Source: a virus
Reading direction: 5' to 3' (one strand)
Length of the DNA: 64,000 nucleotides
IMG/VR virus record: IMGVR_UViG_3300027747_001390
Location: 11,627-75,626 of that record
Positions 63,611 through 64,000 of the stretch are shown piece after piece. How positions within the stretch are numbered: position 1 is the first letter of the stretch; each line of letters starts with the position of its first letter. Position numbers and translations under genes: made by a program. The notes beneath the pieces are model-generated. The model was not told the origin of the DNA. It saw only the letters and a list, made by a program, of their open reading frames with translations, and did no database searches.

Positions 63611-63780
63611 CAGCGAATTTCGCTGGAATCATATAGGGCAGTTTATTTTTACAACTCCTGTGGGAGCAGATTCTCACATTCTCTATCAAAAACCTATGTA
63701 ACTCAGCCTAAAACATGGAATCTGAAAATCCGGAGAATAGATTCCAGAGATTCCATTCTAAGAATTGCCCTATAGGGAAA
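63611..63780. repeat. second copy of the ori-like inverted-repeat element
   Basis: 63632-63661 is 29/30 identical to 39156-39185; TATAGGGCA / TGCCCTATA (63766) inverted repeat. Confidence 0.8.
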
Positions 63781-64000
63781 GCGAAACAAAGCTTATTCGC
63801 AGAAGGATGGATGAGAACAAAGTCAGGCAATCGCGAGTTGTCAGCAGCCAAACAAGCTGGGCGAAACTCCGCTTTTCTGCTTCTGGTGTGCAGGCTGGAT
63901 GTGATATCTTTACTTTTGTCAAAGGGCAATCGCCAAACCTGACAAACACCCCCCCCACTAGTGGCAGTGGTTGTTTTACAGGCCAAAACAGCTTACCGGC

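Overview
A 64 kb segment of a GC-rich, probably temperate, long-tailed (siphovirus-like) dsDNA phage. Almost all genes lie on the + strand. A Planctomycetota-type host is an inference from gene style, not proven. Order: tail module (terminator, two tube-like paralogues, G/GT chaperone with a -1 slippery site, 1754-aa tape measure, tail-tip genes; 1-9.2 kb); nucleotide-pool genes (DUF5664, dCMP deaminase); integration module (tyrosine integrase, tRNA-3'-end attP candidate with terminator, tandem-HTH excisionase-like gene; 10.6-12.6 kb); small genes and PhoH; a ~17 kb early accessory region of ~40 short genes; replication/recombination genes (SNF2 helicase, RecE-like nuclease, SSB-like protein, prim-pol, ori-like element, UvrD); a degenerate bacterioferritin; DNA methyltransferase with several PD-(D/E)XK nucleases and GP88; FkbM and glycosyltransferases; a membrane cluster with a papain-like peptidase; mosaic fibre genes; HNH and an AT-rich end region. 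No terminase, portal, capsid, DNA polymerase or CI-type repressor is visible in the window. The most unusual signal is non-coding: (A) a repeated sigma70 promoter-leader with GCCTAGG in the spacer; (B) a GTCATAGCA box at helically phased distances upstream of these promoters; (C) a sense-strand GTACGGATAC motif resembling a CsrA/Rsm ANGGAN hexaloop, placed before ribosome-binding sites; (D) a fixed CCA-GTG start context; (E) two distant ori-like elements bounded by inverted copies of TGCCCTATA, the word that also covers the promoter -10. All family assignments come from motif recognition by eye; no searches were run.
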